Shown in pieces: positions 34,877-44,274 of a stretch of 64,000 nucleotides of DNA. The notes below the pieces were generated by a model. The model was not told the DNA's origin and ran no database searches. It saw only the letters and a program-made list of their open reading frames with translations. Positions within the stretch are counted from its first letter, which is position 1. Every line of letters begins with the position of its first letter. A program made the position numbers and the translations under genes. Source of the DNA: Acidimicrobiales bacterium (GTDB lineage: Bacteria > Actinomycetota > Acidimicrobiia > Acidimicrobiales > CADCSY01); NCBI GenBank assembly GCA_035540955.1, contig DATLFP010000066.1, positions 3,055 through 67,054 of the forward strand, read 5' to 3'.

Positions 34877-36031
34877 ATGACCACGCCGCCGCTGCTCGAT
34901 CTCGTGGTCCCGGTGTTCAATGAGGAGGCCGCGCTCGAGCCGAGCATCCGTGCGCTCGCCGCTCACCTCGCCGGGATGCCGTTCTCCTGGCGCGTGTCGA
35001 TCGTCGACAATGCGAGCACCGACCGCACGGGCGAGATCGCGGCGGCGCTCTCGGAGGAGCTCACCGGTGTCCGCCTCCTGCGACTCGACGAGAAGGGCCG
35101 GGGCCGTGCCCTCCGAGCGGCGTGGATGGCCAGCGATGCGGAGGTCGTCGCCTACACCGACGTCGACCTGTCCACCGACCTCGCCGCCCTCGAGCCTCTC
35201 GTCGACGCCGTCCGGACCGGCGCGGGCGACATCGCCATCGGCTCGCGCCTGGCGCCGGGGTCGATCGTCACCCGCGGCGCCAAGCGCGAGCTCGTGTCGC
35301 GCTCGTACAACAGCATCATCCAGGCGATGACGCGCGCCGGCTTCAGCGATGCCCAGTGCGGCTTCAAGGCACTCCGCGCAGACGTGGCGCGAGCCCTGTT
35401 GCCCGAGGTGGAGAACGAGAACTGGTTCTTCGACACCGAGCTCCTCCTGCTGGCCGAGCATCACGGCCTCCGGATCGCGGAGGTGCCGGTGGCCTGGGTC
35501 GACGACCCGACCTCGTCGGTCGACATCCGGCAGACGGCGATGGAGGATCTCCGGGGCCTTTTGCGCCTCACCAGGCGCCTCCTCGGCCAGCGCGCTCCGG
35601 CGGCGCCGATCCTGCAGCGCCAGGTCATCTCCTTCGCCGCCGTCGGAGCGTTCACGACGGTCGTGCACGTCGTCCTGTTCCTGGCGCTCCGCGCCGGCAT
35701 CGGGTCGTTGCCGGCGAACGCGGTCGCGCTCGCGGTCGCCACGCCGGTGAACACCGCCCTGAACCGGCTCGTGACCTTCTCCGTCCGCGGCCGTCGACGT
35801 CTGCTGCGGGATCACGCCCAGGCCGGTGCCATCTTCCTCGCCGGCCTGGCGATGACGTCGCTGGCCATCATCGGCTTCGGCCTGATGTGGCCCGATCGCC
35901 CGGCCCTCGTGGGCGTCGTCGCCGTCCTCGCTGCCAACGCCACCATCACCCTCGGTCGGTTCCTGCTCCTTCGCGCCTGGGTCTTCAACCCTGCGCGCCG
36001 CCGTCAGCCACCGCCCTCGCCGGCGCCGTAG
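34877..36031 (+). CDS. bifunctional GT2 polyprenyl-phosphate glycosyltransferase / GtrA-like membrane domain
   Basis: LDLVVPVFNEEAAL...IVDNASTDRT...YTDVDLSTD...QCGFKA (GT2, DxD). The C-terminal ISFAAVGAFTTVVHVVLFLAL...NRLVTF is GtrA-like with 4 TM helices. Confidence 0.8.
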   Translation: MTTPPLLDLVVPVFNEEAALEPSIRALAAHLAGMPFSWRVSIVDNASTDRTGEIAAALSEELTGVRLLRLDEKGRGRALRAAWMASDAEVVAYTDVDLSTDLAALEPLVDAVRTGAGDIAIGSRLAPGSIVTRGAKRELVSRSYNSIIQAMTRAGFSDAQCGFKALRADVARALLPEVENENWFFDTELLLLAEHHGLRIAEVPVAWVDDPTSSVDIRQTAMEDLRGLLRLTRRLLGQRAPAAPILQRQVISFAAVGAFTTVVHVVLFLALRAGIGSLPANAVALAVATPVNTALNRLVTFSVRGRRRLLRDHAQAGAIFLAGLAMTSLAIIGFGLMWPDRPALVGVVAVLAANATITLGRFLLLRAWVFNPARRRQPPPSPAP

Positions 36032-37905
36032 GGGTCCGGGTCGAGGAACAGCCCCACGGTGAGGCGGTCCCAGCGGTAGCGGAGGGCGGCATAGCGAGCC
36101 ACCTCGGCAGCCCGGTCGTCGGGGATCTCGAGCAGGCCGTCGTTCACGAGGGCGGCCAGCTCGCCGAAGGCGAGCAGCTGCTCGGCCGTCGGCGTCCCGT
36201 CGGCGAAGGAGAGGAGGGCGCCGTTGGATCGGGCGGCCCGGCCGCTGTCGCTCAGCTCGACGGGCAGGTCGACCAGCCGCCGCTCGAGGGCATGGAGCTC
36301 GCGGACCTCCTCGACGTCGAGCCCGGGGACGTAGGCGACCCTCCGGGTCCCGTCGGGCACGGTGCTCGCAGCATCGCCCTCGAGCGCGAACACGCGGGCC
36401 GCAGCCTCGCCTCGATCCGCGCGATCCCCGCCCAGCTGCCGCGCCCACACCGGATCGTCGACCGTGAAGTCGATCCCTCGCTCCTGCATCACCGCCAGCA
36501 GTGCGGAGGTCCACGGCTCGGCGAACCGCAGGCGACTCGTGTCGTACACGACCGTCCCGACGCCGGCGAGCGAACCGAGCTGGCCGCTCAGCTCCCGCAC
36601 GATCGGGATGGCCGCCCGATCGGCCTGCGGGCCGGCGGGCACGGCATGGGTCGGCAAGGTGAGGATGGCCAGCCCGGCGGCCGCGACCCCCAGCGCTCGC
36701 ACCGCCCACCGCGCCGGGAGCAGCGCGAGGGCGGCGGCCACCGTGGCGAACGCGCCGATGGGCCAGAGGTACCGGACCTGGTGCGGCGGGACGCCAACCC
36801 CGCCGACGGGCAGCCGAACGGTGACGGCGGCGGCAACGAGCGCGGCGAAGGCTGCGACCCCGACGACCGAGCGCGTCTCGGGGGTCACCGACCGGCGTGC
36901 CCGGAGCCCGGCCCCGGCGAGCACCACCCCAACGAGGAGCAAGCCGACGACCGCGACCGCGAGGGAGGGCAGGCCGCTCACGTTCGGACGATCGCCGACC
37001 AGCGGCGCCTGGCCCGGCGGAACGCGGAGCGCGTCGCCGAAGCCGGGCCGTCCCCACCACGGCGGCGTGGCGAGGACCTCGGCGGTGATGCGGATCCCGA
37101 GCGCCGGGCCGACCGTCTCCTGGTCGACACCGACGCCGCTGACCAAGGTTCCGAGGTTGCCCTCGCCCGCGATCTGATCGGCGAGGGGCTGCGCCCAGCA
37201 GACCGCCGCGACCACGGCGCTCACACCGAAGGCGACGAGCACGTCCCGGCCGTGGCGACGCACCAGCCACGCGACGCCGAGGGCGACGAGGGGTGGGACC
37301 AGCAGGGTGTAGCTGAGGTGGGTCTGGACGATGAGGCTCGCCACACCGACCGCCACCGGCATGGCCAGCAGGTCGCCCCGCACCATGCCGACGACGAGCA
37401 CCACGAGCAGGAGCACGGGGAACAGCAGGGTGTGTGGCTGCCAGGGGTCGTAGAGCAGCTCGCTGCCCATCGACCATGCCAGGCCGGCACACGCAGCCAA
37501 TGACGCGAACGCGAGTCGGGTGCCGCCCGCTCGCTGCCCGAACCACGCCATGAGCCCGATGGCGGCGAGATGCACGAGCAGGACCCCCACCGCCAGCCCC
37601 CCGGATCCGCCGAGCTTGGCCGGGATGGCGAGGAGGTCGAACAGCAGCGGACCGGGATGATTGACGTTCTCACCGATCGGGATCGACGCCGACGACCACG
37701 TGCCGAGCAAGGGGTGATGCGACGTGAAGACGTCGCGGGAGCGGATCAGGAAGTTGCCGTTGTCGCCGATCGCCAACCACCCGTCGCGCAGCGCCCGGAT
37801 CGTCGACACCACGAACGGGAGGGCCACGACCGCCGCCAGCCCCGCGATCAGCCTGCCGTCTCGAGAGGGCGGTTCGATGCTGGCCGGTCGCCGCAGCGCG
37901 GTCAT
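36004..37905 (-). CDS. large polytopic membrane protein with C-terminal soluble domain, uncharacterised (GT-C candidate), paralogue A
   Basis: ATG 37905 overlaps the upstream stop (ATGA). MTALRRPAS...GDNGNFLIRSRDVFTSHHPLLGTWSS...VNHPGPLLFDL...YDPWQPH...GDLLAMPVAVGVASLIVQTHLSY. About 13 hydrophobic helices, then about 230 hydrophilic residues. Confidence 0.65.
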   Translation of the reverse strand: MTALRRPASIEPPSRDGRLIAGLAAVVALPFVVSTIRALRDGWLAIGDNGNFLIRSRDVFTSHHPLLGTWSSASIPIGENVNHPGPLLFDLLAIPAKLGGSGGLAVGVLLVHLAAIGLMAWFGQRAGGTRLAFASLAACAGLAWSMGSELLYDPWQPHTLLFPVLLLVVLVVGMVRGDLLAMPVAVGVASLIVQTHLSYTLLVPPLVALGVAWLVRRHGRDVLVAFGVSAVVAAVCWAQPLADQIAGEGNLGTLVSGVGVDQETVGPALGIRITAEVLATPPWWGRPGFGDALRVPPGQAPLVGDRPNVSGLPSLAVAVVGLLLVGVVLAGAGLRARRSVTPETRSVVGVAAFAALVAAAVTVRLPVGGVGVPPHQVRYLWPIGAFATVAAALALLPARWAVRALGVAAAGLAILTLPTHAVPAGPQADRAAIPIVRELSGQLGSLAGVGTVVYDTSRLRFAEPWTSALLAVMQERGIDFTVDDPVWARQLGGDRADRGEAAARVFALEGDAASTVPDGTRRVAYVPGLDVEEVRELHALERRLVDLPVELSDSGRAARSNGALLSFADGTPTAEQLLAFGELAALVNDGLLEIPDDRAAEVARYAALRYRWDRLTVGLFLDPDPYGAGEGGG

Positions 37906-39761
37906 GGGCCGGACAGCGTGGCGCCGACGGGCACGAGGAACACCGCTCCCGGGCTTCCGAGCGCGAGCATCCGCTCGATCCGCTCTCTGGTGGCAGCCGG
38001 CAGCCGCGTGTCGATGGACAGGCCGAAGAGGTTGCCGTCGACGAGGTCGATGTCGCCCTCGGGGAAGCCGGCGGCCCGCAGGTCGGTGATGACGCGCTTC
38101 CGGAGGGCGTCGTACTCCGCCACGTCGCGCCCATCGCGCGGGTCGTGATGCGCGAGCTCGACCGCGTCGGGGTGGCGCCGCCAGAGCTCGACGAACCGGC
38201 CGACCGCGAGGTGCACCTCCTCCTGCGCCTCGCCGGGCTGCAGGACCCGATGCGGCGTGAGGGGGACGCGCCAGGTCTCGGTCACACCCACCCGGAACCC
38301 ACGCCGATCGAGCGCGCTGAGCAGTCCCATCCCCTGCGAGCCGATGTAGAAGCTGTCGTCCCAGGTGATCAGGTAGGTCGTGGCCCGGTCGAGGGCGGCG
38401 GCCGTCGGGGGCACCACCTCGGCGAGCACTTCGGACAGCTGAGGCGCCGGCGGTTCGGCGACGGCCGCCCGGACCGTCAGCAGCCCCGCGCTCACCACGC
38501 TGATCGCGACGAGGACGGCGCCGACCGCGCGAGTGGCTCGCTCGCGGTCCACGACGCGCCACACCGTCATGCCCACCGACAGCAGCAGGAGCGCGGCCGT
38601 CCCCCACGACCACAGCATGAGGTAGTACCAGACCTTGCCGAAGATCCGGCTCATCGACACCACGCCGAGCAGCAGGGCGCTGCCGACCACGACGTTCAGC
38701 CGGTTGATGGATGTGTACCGGTGCCGCCAGGCCACCACCGCCGCGACGACCCAGCCCAGCAACGTCACGAGGCCGGGCAGGATCGAGCCGCCGGCATCAC
38801 CTGAAGACGTGGCGAGCGATCCGAGCGAGCTCCCCTGGCGGCTCAGGAACGACGTGACGTCCAGGTGGCGCAACCCGAGCCGAACCCCCTCGACGACGCC
38901 GACGGTCTCGCCTTCCTCCTGCGGCGGTGAGGTGAAGTGATCCCACAGCATCGACAGGTTGCCGGGGTCCTCGGTGATCTGGTCGACCACGACCGGCGAC
39001 CAGAGGAGGACGCCGAGGGCGACTGAGGCCACTGCCCATCGCCCGATCGACCGCCGCGTTGCGGCCGCGGCGTGCTCGTCGGCGGTCCGGCGCCACCACC
39101 ACACCAGCCCGCCGCCGGCGACCGCGGCGAGGCCGAGGCACAGGCCGAGGTAGGGCACGTGGGTCTGGGCGGCGATGGAGGCGGCCAGGACGGCCACCGG
39201 GAGCATCGGCAGATCACCGTCGAGCACCGACCACACGCTCAGGAGGACGAGCACCCACCACAGCAGCGGGAGGTAGGGGTTCCAGGGCTCGGCGAGGGTC
39301 TCGATGCCGTAGCCCCCCATGAGGACCGCGAGCAGGGCGGTGACGGCAACGGCCACCCGCAGGCCGCCGCGGCGGAAGGCGACGAGCACCGCCGCCGAGG
39401 CGGCGATCCCGTTGAGCACCAGCGCCCCGGCCTGCATCCCCCACGGCGTCCCTCCGAACGCTCTCCATGTCGGCCAGAGCGCGTAGAAGCTGGCGGGCCC
39501 CGGATGGCTGCCCTGCTCCGGGAACCGTCCGATCCGGCCGGGGAGACCGATCAGCGGGGTGCGGGAGCTGAAGATGTCGCGCAGGCGCAGCTCGGCCATC
39601 GCGTGGTCGAGGACCGGGTACCACGGCGGTCGTCGCAGGGCGACGATACCGACCACCAACGGCACGATGAGGATGGCCATCAGCGCGACGAGCAACCACC
39701 GGGCCTGCCGCACCGGCCGGAGTGTAGGAGGCGGAGGCGTCAGCTCCGATCCAGCAGCCAC
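37902..39761 (-). CDS. large polytopic membrane protein with C-terminal soluble domain, uncharacterised (GT-C candidate), paralogue B
   Basis: It shares ordered blocks with paralogue A: LRLRDIFSSRTPLIGLPGR...GSHPGPASFYAL...AEPWNPY...GDLPMLPVAVLAASIAAQTHVPY. 619 aa. Confidence 0.65.
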   Translation of the reverse strand: MAAGSELTPPPPTLRPVRQARWLLVALMAILIVPLVVGIVALRRPPWYPVLDHAMAELRLRDIFSSRTPLIGLPGRIGRFPEQGSHPGPASFYALWPTWRAFGGTPWGMQAGALVLNGIAASAAVLVAFRRGGLRVAVAVTALLAVLMGGYGIETLAEPWNPYLPLLWWVLVLLSVWSVLDGDLPMLPVAVLAASIAAQTHVPYLGLCLGLAAVAGGGLVWWWRRTADEHAAAATRRSIGRWAVASVALGVLLWSPVVVDQITEDPGNLSMLWDHFTSPPQEEGETVGVVEGVRLGLRHLDVTSFLSRQGSSLGSLATSSGDAGGSILPGLVTLLGWVVAAVVAWRHRYTSINRLNVVVGSALLLGVVSMSRIFGKVWYYLMLWSWGTAALLLLSVGMTVWRVVDRERATRAVGAVLVAISVVSAGLLTVRAAVAEPPAPQLSEVLAEVVPPTAAALDRATTYLITWDDSFYIGSQGMGLLSALDRRGFRVGVTETWRVPLTPHRVLQPGEAQEEVHLAVGRFVELWRRHPDAVELAHHDPRDGRDVAEYDALRKRVITDLRAAGFPEGDIDLVDGNLFGLSIDTRLPAATRERIERMLALGSPGAVFLVPVGATLSGP

Positions 39762-41764
39762 CCGAGCACGAGGGCCGCATCATCGGGGTCGACGTGCGTG
39801 CCGTCGGTCTCCCGCAGATCGCTGCACGGCCCGTCGGGACCCGACGGGCACAGGATCTCGGCGAGATCGATGACCGGCACCTCGAGGTCGCCGGCGAGTG
39901 CGAGCAGGCGGCTGCGGATGCACGCCGAGCGCTCCAGGTGGTCGTCGGTGGCGAGGAAGCGGGCCTTGTCGCCGCCCCACGCCGGCAGGACCAACACCAC
40001 CCGGCCGGCGTGCGACCGCAGGTAGTCGATCCGCCGCGTGACATCCTCCGCGTACCACTGGAGGTCGTCGCAGGGCCCGACCCAGCGATCGCCCACCAGG
40101 CGGTCGACGATCGGCGCGTTGCCGACCATGAGCAGCGCCACGTCGACCAGGAGTGACGGATCCTCCACCGCCTTGGCGTAGGTGACGGGCCACTCGTCGC
40201 AGTCAGCGGGGAGCGGGAGGATCTGCCCGGCCCGGCCGCGGGCCGTCGGGATGTCGACGGCGCCGTCACAACCCTCGATGGCCGCATCGATGACAACGAC
40301 GTCCGGTCGGTCGAACGTCGCCGCTGCGTCGCGCAGGAGCCAGTCGGCGATGGAGTCTCCGAAGATGGCGACGACGCGCGGGCCCGTGGCGGTGGGCGCG
40401 ACGGCGTCCGGCACGAACGTGTCCGGTGCGATCCTGCTCGACGCCACCGCGTTCGGCGCCGAGTCGGCCGCCATCACCGGCACCGTCCCATCCGAGGAGC
40501 GGGCCGACGCGGACACGACGAGTGCCATGGCGAGCACGAGCTCCTCGGGTTCCTCGACCAGGGCCTCGAACGCGACGAGCGCCGGCGACTCGGTCGAAGC
40601 TGGTCTCGGTGGCACCGGCGCGCCCGCGGCCACGAGCACCACCGGTTCACTGGTGCGAACGGGCCGGTCGACCGTGGGCACCAGCACCACCACGGCGGCG
40701 GCCACCACCAACAGCGTGCCCGCCGCCGCCGGGACGAAGGCGCGCCGCGTCGACAGGCGGACACCGGTGCGGATCGGTCGCTCGACGAGGTAGTACGACG
40801 CCACCGTGAGCCCGCCGGTCAGCGCCAGCTTCTCGGCGACCCCGGCGTCTCCGAGGATCGTGAAGACCGGCCAGTGGAAGAGGTACAGCCCGTAGCTGAT
40901 GCGCCCGATCCACGGGAGTGGCTCCGTCGACAGCAGGCGCGCCACCGGCCCCGGCGCCTGCACGCCGAGGATGAGCGCGGCCGAGAGCAGGGCGAAGAGG
41001 GGCAGACCGCCGGCATACGCCCACCCACGGCCGGCCGGCGTGAACGCGGCGAGGGCGACGACGGCGACGAGGCTCGGTGCTGCCAGCCGGGCCGCCCACG
41101 CCGGGACCGGTCGCCCGTGGAGCGCGGCCGCGAGCGCCGCTCCGGCCAGGATCTCCGGGAACCGGGCCCACGATGCGAAGTAGGCGGCATCGCCACCTGC
41201 GACGCGGGCGGTCACCAACGCCGACGCGGCGAAGACGACGAACCCGACCGCCAGGATGCGTCCGACGCGGCGAGGCGCGACGGTGGTGAGCCCCGCCATC
41301 GCCAGCGGCCACACCCAGTAGAACTGCTCCTCGATCGCGAGCGACCAGAAGTGGTCGACCGGCGATGGTGCCAGGAACAGGTCGGCGTAGGAGCGCTCGC
41401 TCAGCAGCTGGTGCCAGTTGGCCACCTGGAACACCCCGGCGAGCACGCCGCCGCGCAGGTCGCTCCGCGCTGCCACCTCGCCGAGCGCCGCGAGGAGGGC
41501 AATCCCGAGGAGCACCAGCATGGCGGCGGGCAGCAGCCGCCGCATGCGCCGCACGTAGAAGGCCCGCACGTCGATCCGACCACTCGCCGACCGCTCCGCG
41601 AGCAGCAGTGACGTGATGAGGAAGCCCGACAGCGTGAAGAACACCGAGACCCCGAGATAGCCGCCCTCGAGCCACGGCGCGCCGAGGTGGAAGACCAGGA
41701 CCAGCGCGATCGACAGCGCACGGACGCCGTCGAGCGCCGGTCGGTACCCGAGCTTCCCCCCCAT
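39740..41764 (-). CDS. acyltransferase-3 (OafA-type) membrane protein fused to a C-terminal SGNH domain (second copy)
   Basis: LDGVRALSIALVLVFHLGAPWLEGGYLGVSVFFTLSGFLITSLLL...RRMRRLLPAA. C-terminal VVAIFGDSIADW...DGTHV is SGNH-like. Confidence 0.8.
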   Translation of the reverse strand: MGGKLGYRPALDGVRALSIALVLVFHLGAPWLEGGYLGVSVFFTLSGFLITSLLLAERSASGRIDVRAFYVRRMRRLLPAAMLVLLGIALLAALGEVAARSDLRGGVLAGVFQVANWHQLLSERSYADLFLAPSPVDHFWSLAIEEQFYWVWPLAMAGLTTVAPRRVGRILAVGFVVFAASALVTARVAGGDAAYFASWARFPEILAGAALAAALHGRPVPAWAARLAAPSLVAVVALAAFTPAGRGWAYAGGLPLFALLSAALILGVQAPGPVARLLSTEPLPWIGRISYGLYLFHWPVFTILGDAGVAEKLALTGGLTVASYYLVERPIRTGVRLSTRRAFVPAAAGTLLVVAAAVVVLVPTVDRPVRTSEPVVLVAAGAPVPPRPASTESPALVAFEALVEEPEELVLAMALVVSASARSSDGTVPVMAADSAPNAVASSRIAPDTFVPDAVAPTATGPRVVAIFGDSIADWLLRDAAATFDRPDVVVIDAAIEGCDGAVDIPTARGRAGQILPLPADCDEWPVTYAKAVEDPSLLVDVALLMVGNAPIVDRLVGDRWVGPCDDLQWYAEDVTRRIDYLRSHAGRVVLVLPAWGGDKARFLATDDHLERSACIRSRLLALAGDLEVPVIDLAEILCPSGPDGPCSDLRETDGTHVDPDDAALVLGWLLDRS

Positions 41765-41802
41765 GCAACTCTCTCGAGAAATCGGTGCAAACCGGTCGAA
41801 CT

Positions 41803-41876
41803 CAGGACAGCTCGAACCGCTCCCAGCAGGACAGCTCCGACTGTGCCACGAAACCCGACCAGATCCATGTCACATG
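41803..41876. promoter_or_regulatory. intergenic promoter/operator candidate: 11-nt direct repeat plus perfect 11-nt palindrome
   Basis: CAGGACAGCTC occurs at 41803-41813 and again at 41826-41836, a 23-nt register. CATGTCACATG at 41866-41876 is a perfect odd palindrome. The region lies between divergent genes and is less GC-rich. Confidence 0.25.
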
Positions 41877-41962
41877 GCCCTGGTTCCCCCCGCTCGACCG
41901 GCGTGCACTGGACCCATGACCGCGGCCAGGCGTCCCGCCCGCGACCTGTGTGGTCGCGTCCG

Positions 41963-43246
41963 GTGACACCGCGCCTCTTGCTCGTCCTGCTCCCCGCTGC
42001 CGTCGCCCTCCTGCTCGTCCCGCTCGTCCAGCGCGCGACCGCGCAACCGGGCGCGGCGCCCGTGTCCGCGAGCTGCCGCGGTGAGCAGTGGGTCGCCGCC
42101 TGGCGCGCCGCTCCGCAGGGGTCGTCCCTCGGGCGCCCCGACGACGAGCCGTGGGGCGACGCGGACGGACTCGCCCGCACCTTCGACGACCAGACGCTTC
42201 GGATGGTGCTGACGCCCAGCATCGACGGCTCCGGGTTGCGAGTCCGGTTCGGCAACCGCTTCGGCCCGGCGCCGGTCACGATCACCGCTGCCACCATCGG
42301 GACCAGCGCCGGCGGGGCGGCGGTCGATCCCGCCACGGTGCAGGGCGTGACGTTCGGCGGCGACCGGTCGGTCACCATCGGCGCCGGCGCCGCCGTCGTC
42401 AGCGATCCGCTGTTCGGCCCCGTCGCGGGTGGCGTGCCGCTCTCGGTGACGATGCACGTCGCCGGGCCGGCCGTGCTGGATCACCACCAGTGGGCGCTCG
42501 CCCCGCAGTACCTGGCGCCGGCGGGCACCGCCCACCTGGACGACGCGACGGGCACACCGTTCTCCGAGGAGCTAACCGGCTGGTACGGCGTCTCCGGCGT
42601 GGACGTGCTCGCGCCTCGCGGCACCGGTGTCGTCGTCGCGCTCGGAGACTCGATCACCGACGGGATCGGCTCGACGCCGGGCGCCGACCGCCGGTGGCCG
42701 GATGTGCTGGCCCGCCGGCTCGCCGCCGGCGACGACGCCTTCGCGGTGGTCAACGCCGGCATCGCCGGCAACCACGTCGTGACGAGCGGGCTCACCTCCG
42801 TGACCGCCATCGGCCCGAGCCTGCTCGACCGGTTCGCCACGGACGCGCTGGCGGTCGACGGGCTCACCGACCTCCTGGTCTTCGCCGGCATCAACGACAT
42901 CTACATGGCGGGCGACGGCACCGACATCGCTCCCGACCTGATCGCTGCGTACGAGCAGGTGGCGGCCACGGCACGCGCCGCCGGCGCCCGGGTGCTCGTC
43001 GCCACCATCACTCCGGCGTCCCTGAGCGCCGACAAGGAGGAGGTCCGCGTCCGGGTCAACGACGCGCTACGGGCGAGCGATGCGTTCGACGCGGTGGTCG
43101 ACTTCGACGCGGCGGCGCGCGATCCCGAAGACCCCTCCCGTCTCCGGCCCGAGTGGGATGCCGGCTTCGCCCACCTCAACGACGCCGGCTACGCCGCGCT
43201 CGCCGCTGCCGTGCCTCTCGATGCCCTGCAGGGCGCCAGCTGCTGA
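41963..43246 (+). CDS. secreted SGNH/GDSL hydrolase
   Basis: GTG 41963 gives a signal-like VTPRLLLVLLPAAVALLLVPLVQRATAQP. Block I is VVALGDSITDG, with FAGINDI and a later DxxH-type region HLNDAGY. An alternative ATG is at 41867. Confidence 0.7.
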   Translation: MTPRLLLVLLPAAVALLLVPLVQRATAQPGAAPVSASCRGEQWVAAWRAAPQGSSLGRPDDEPWGDADGLARTFDDQTLRMVLTPSIDGSGLRVRFGNRFGPAPVTITAATIGTSAGGAAVDPATVQGVTFGGDRSVTIGAGAAVVSDPLFGPVAGGVPLSVTMHVAGPAVLDHHQWALAPQYLAPAGTAHLDDATGTPFSEELTGWYGVSGVDVLAPRGTGVVVALGDSITDGIGSTPGADRRWPDVLARRLAAGDDAFAVVNAGIAGNHVVTSGLTSVTAIGPSLLDRFATDALAVDGLTDLLVFAGINDIYMAGDGTDIAPDLIAAYEQVAATARAAGARVLVATITPASLSADKEEVRVRVNDALRASDAFDAVVDFDAAARDPEDPSRLRPEWDAGFAHLNDAGYAALAAAVPLDALQGASC

Positions 43247-43251
43247 CGCCG

Positions 43252-44274
43252 TCAGGGAAGGCGCTTGAGGAGCGCCATGACCCCCATCCTGACCGGCGAC
43301 TGGTGGTGGCTGGCACCGGCAGCCTCGCCGCGGTGGGTGCGGAACCACTCGTAGGACTCGATGACCATCGAGACGTTGGAGTGCAGCGGTGACCACTCCA
43401 GCTCCTCGCGTGCCCGCGTCGTGTCGAACCACAGCGACTCCGAGTACAGGAGCCAGTGGTAGGGGGCGAACGGGGCGAGGCCGAGGCCGGAGAGCACGCG
43501 CATGCCCCAGCGGGCCGGGGCGACCGGGACCGATCGGACCCGCGCGCCGGTCGCCGCGTGATCGCAGAGCGCTTCGAGGGTCTCGCGCATGGTCCCGAAC
43601 TCGGTGGCCCCGATGTTGTACGTGCGAGGTCCCGGTCGGTCCGCGGCGCGGAGGATGGCGTCGGCCAGGTCTTCGGCGTGCACGAGCTGGTACCGGTTGT
43701 CACCCGGACCCATGACGAAGACGGGCGCGCCGGCCGCCACCAGCTCGAAGAGGACGGCCATGATCCCGAGGCGCCCGTGACCCAGGATCGTCCGCGGCCG
43801 CACGACGGTCACGTCGAGGCCGCCGGCGGCCGCCTCACGGCACAGCGCCTCGGCCTCCGCCTTGGCCCGGCCGTACGCTTCGAGCGGCCGTGCCGGCGCC
43901 GACTCGTCGACCGGGTTGTGGTCGGGGATCCCGAAGATGGCGCTCGACGAGGTGTGCACGACCTTGCCCACGCCGGCGTCGCGCGCCGCCAACAGCACGT
44001 TGGCGGTGCCGGCCACGTTGACCGACCAGAACAGCGCCCGGTCCTTGGCGAGCGGCACCTGGGCGACGTTGTTGAGAACGACGTCGACGCCCTCGCACGC
44101 GGCCCGTACCGCGGCGAGGTCGCGCACGTCGGCCACGACCGCCCTCACCCCCGGGGCCGGCGCCGGCTCGTGCAGGTCGAGCACGACCGCCTCGTCGCCG
44201 GCGGCCGCCACGCGGGCGGCGAGGATCGAACCGAAGTAGCCGGCTCCGCCGGTGATCAGGACCCGGCGGGTCAC
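43252..44274 (-). CDS. NAD-dependent epimerase/dehydratase family protein (extended SDR)
   Basis: VLITGGAGYFGS, HTSSSAIFG and YGRAKAEAE (YxxxK). GTG 44274 overlaps the upstream stop (GTGA). Confidence 0.85.
   Translation of the reverse strand: MTRRVLITGGAGYFGSILAARVAAAGDEAVVLDLHEPAPAPGVRAVVADVRDLAAVRAACEGVDVVLNNVAQVPLAKDRALFWSVNVAGTANVLLAARDAGVGKVVHTSSSAIFGIPDHNPVDESAPARPLEAYGRAKAEAEALCREAAAGGLDVTVVRPRTILGHGRLGIMAVLFELVAAGAPVFVMGPGDNRYQLVHAEDLADAILRAADRPGPRTYNIGATEFGTMRETLEALCDHAATGARVRSVPVAPARWGMRVLSGLGLAPFAPYHWLLYSESLWFDTTRAREELEWSPLHSNVSMVIESYEWFRTHRGEAAGASHHQSPVRMGVMALLKRLP

Noticed and set aside
41763-41966. 67-aa ORF in the 41.8-kb intergenic region
   Set aside because: It has no motif, unusual composition, and overlaps the likely promoter/5' region of the SGNH hydrolase gene. 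It is more likely non-coding regulatory DNA.
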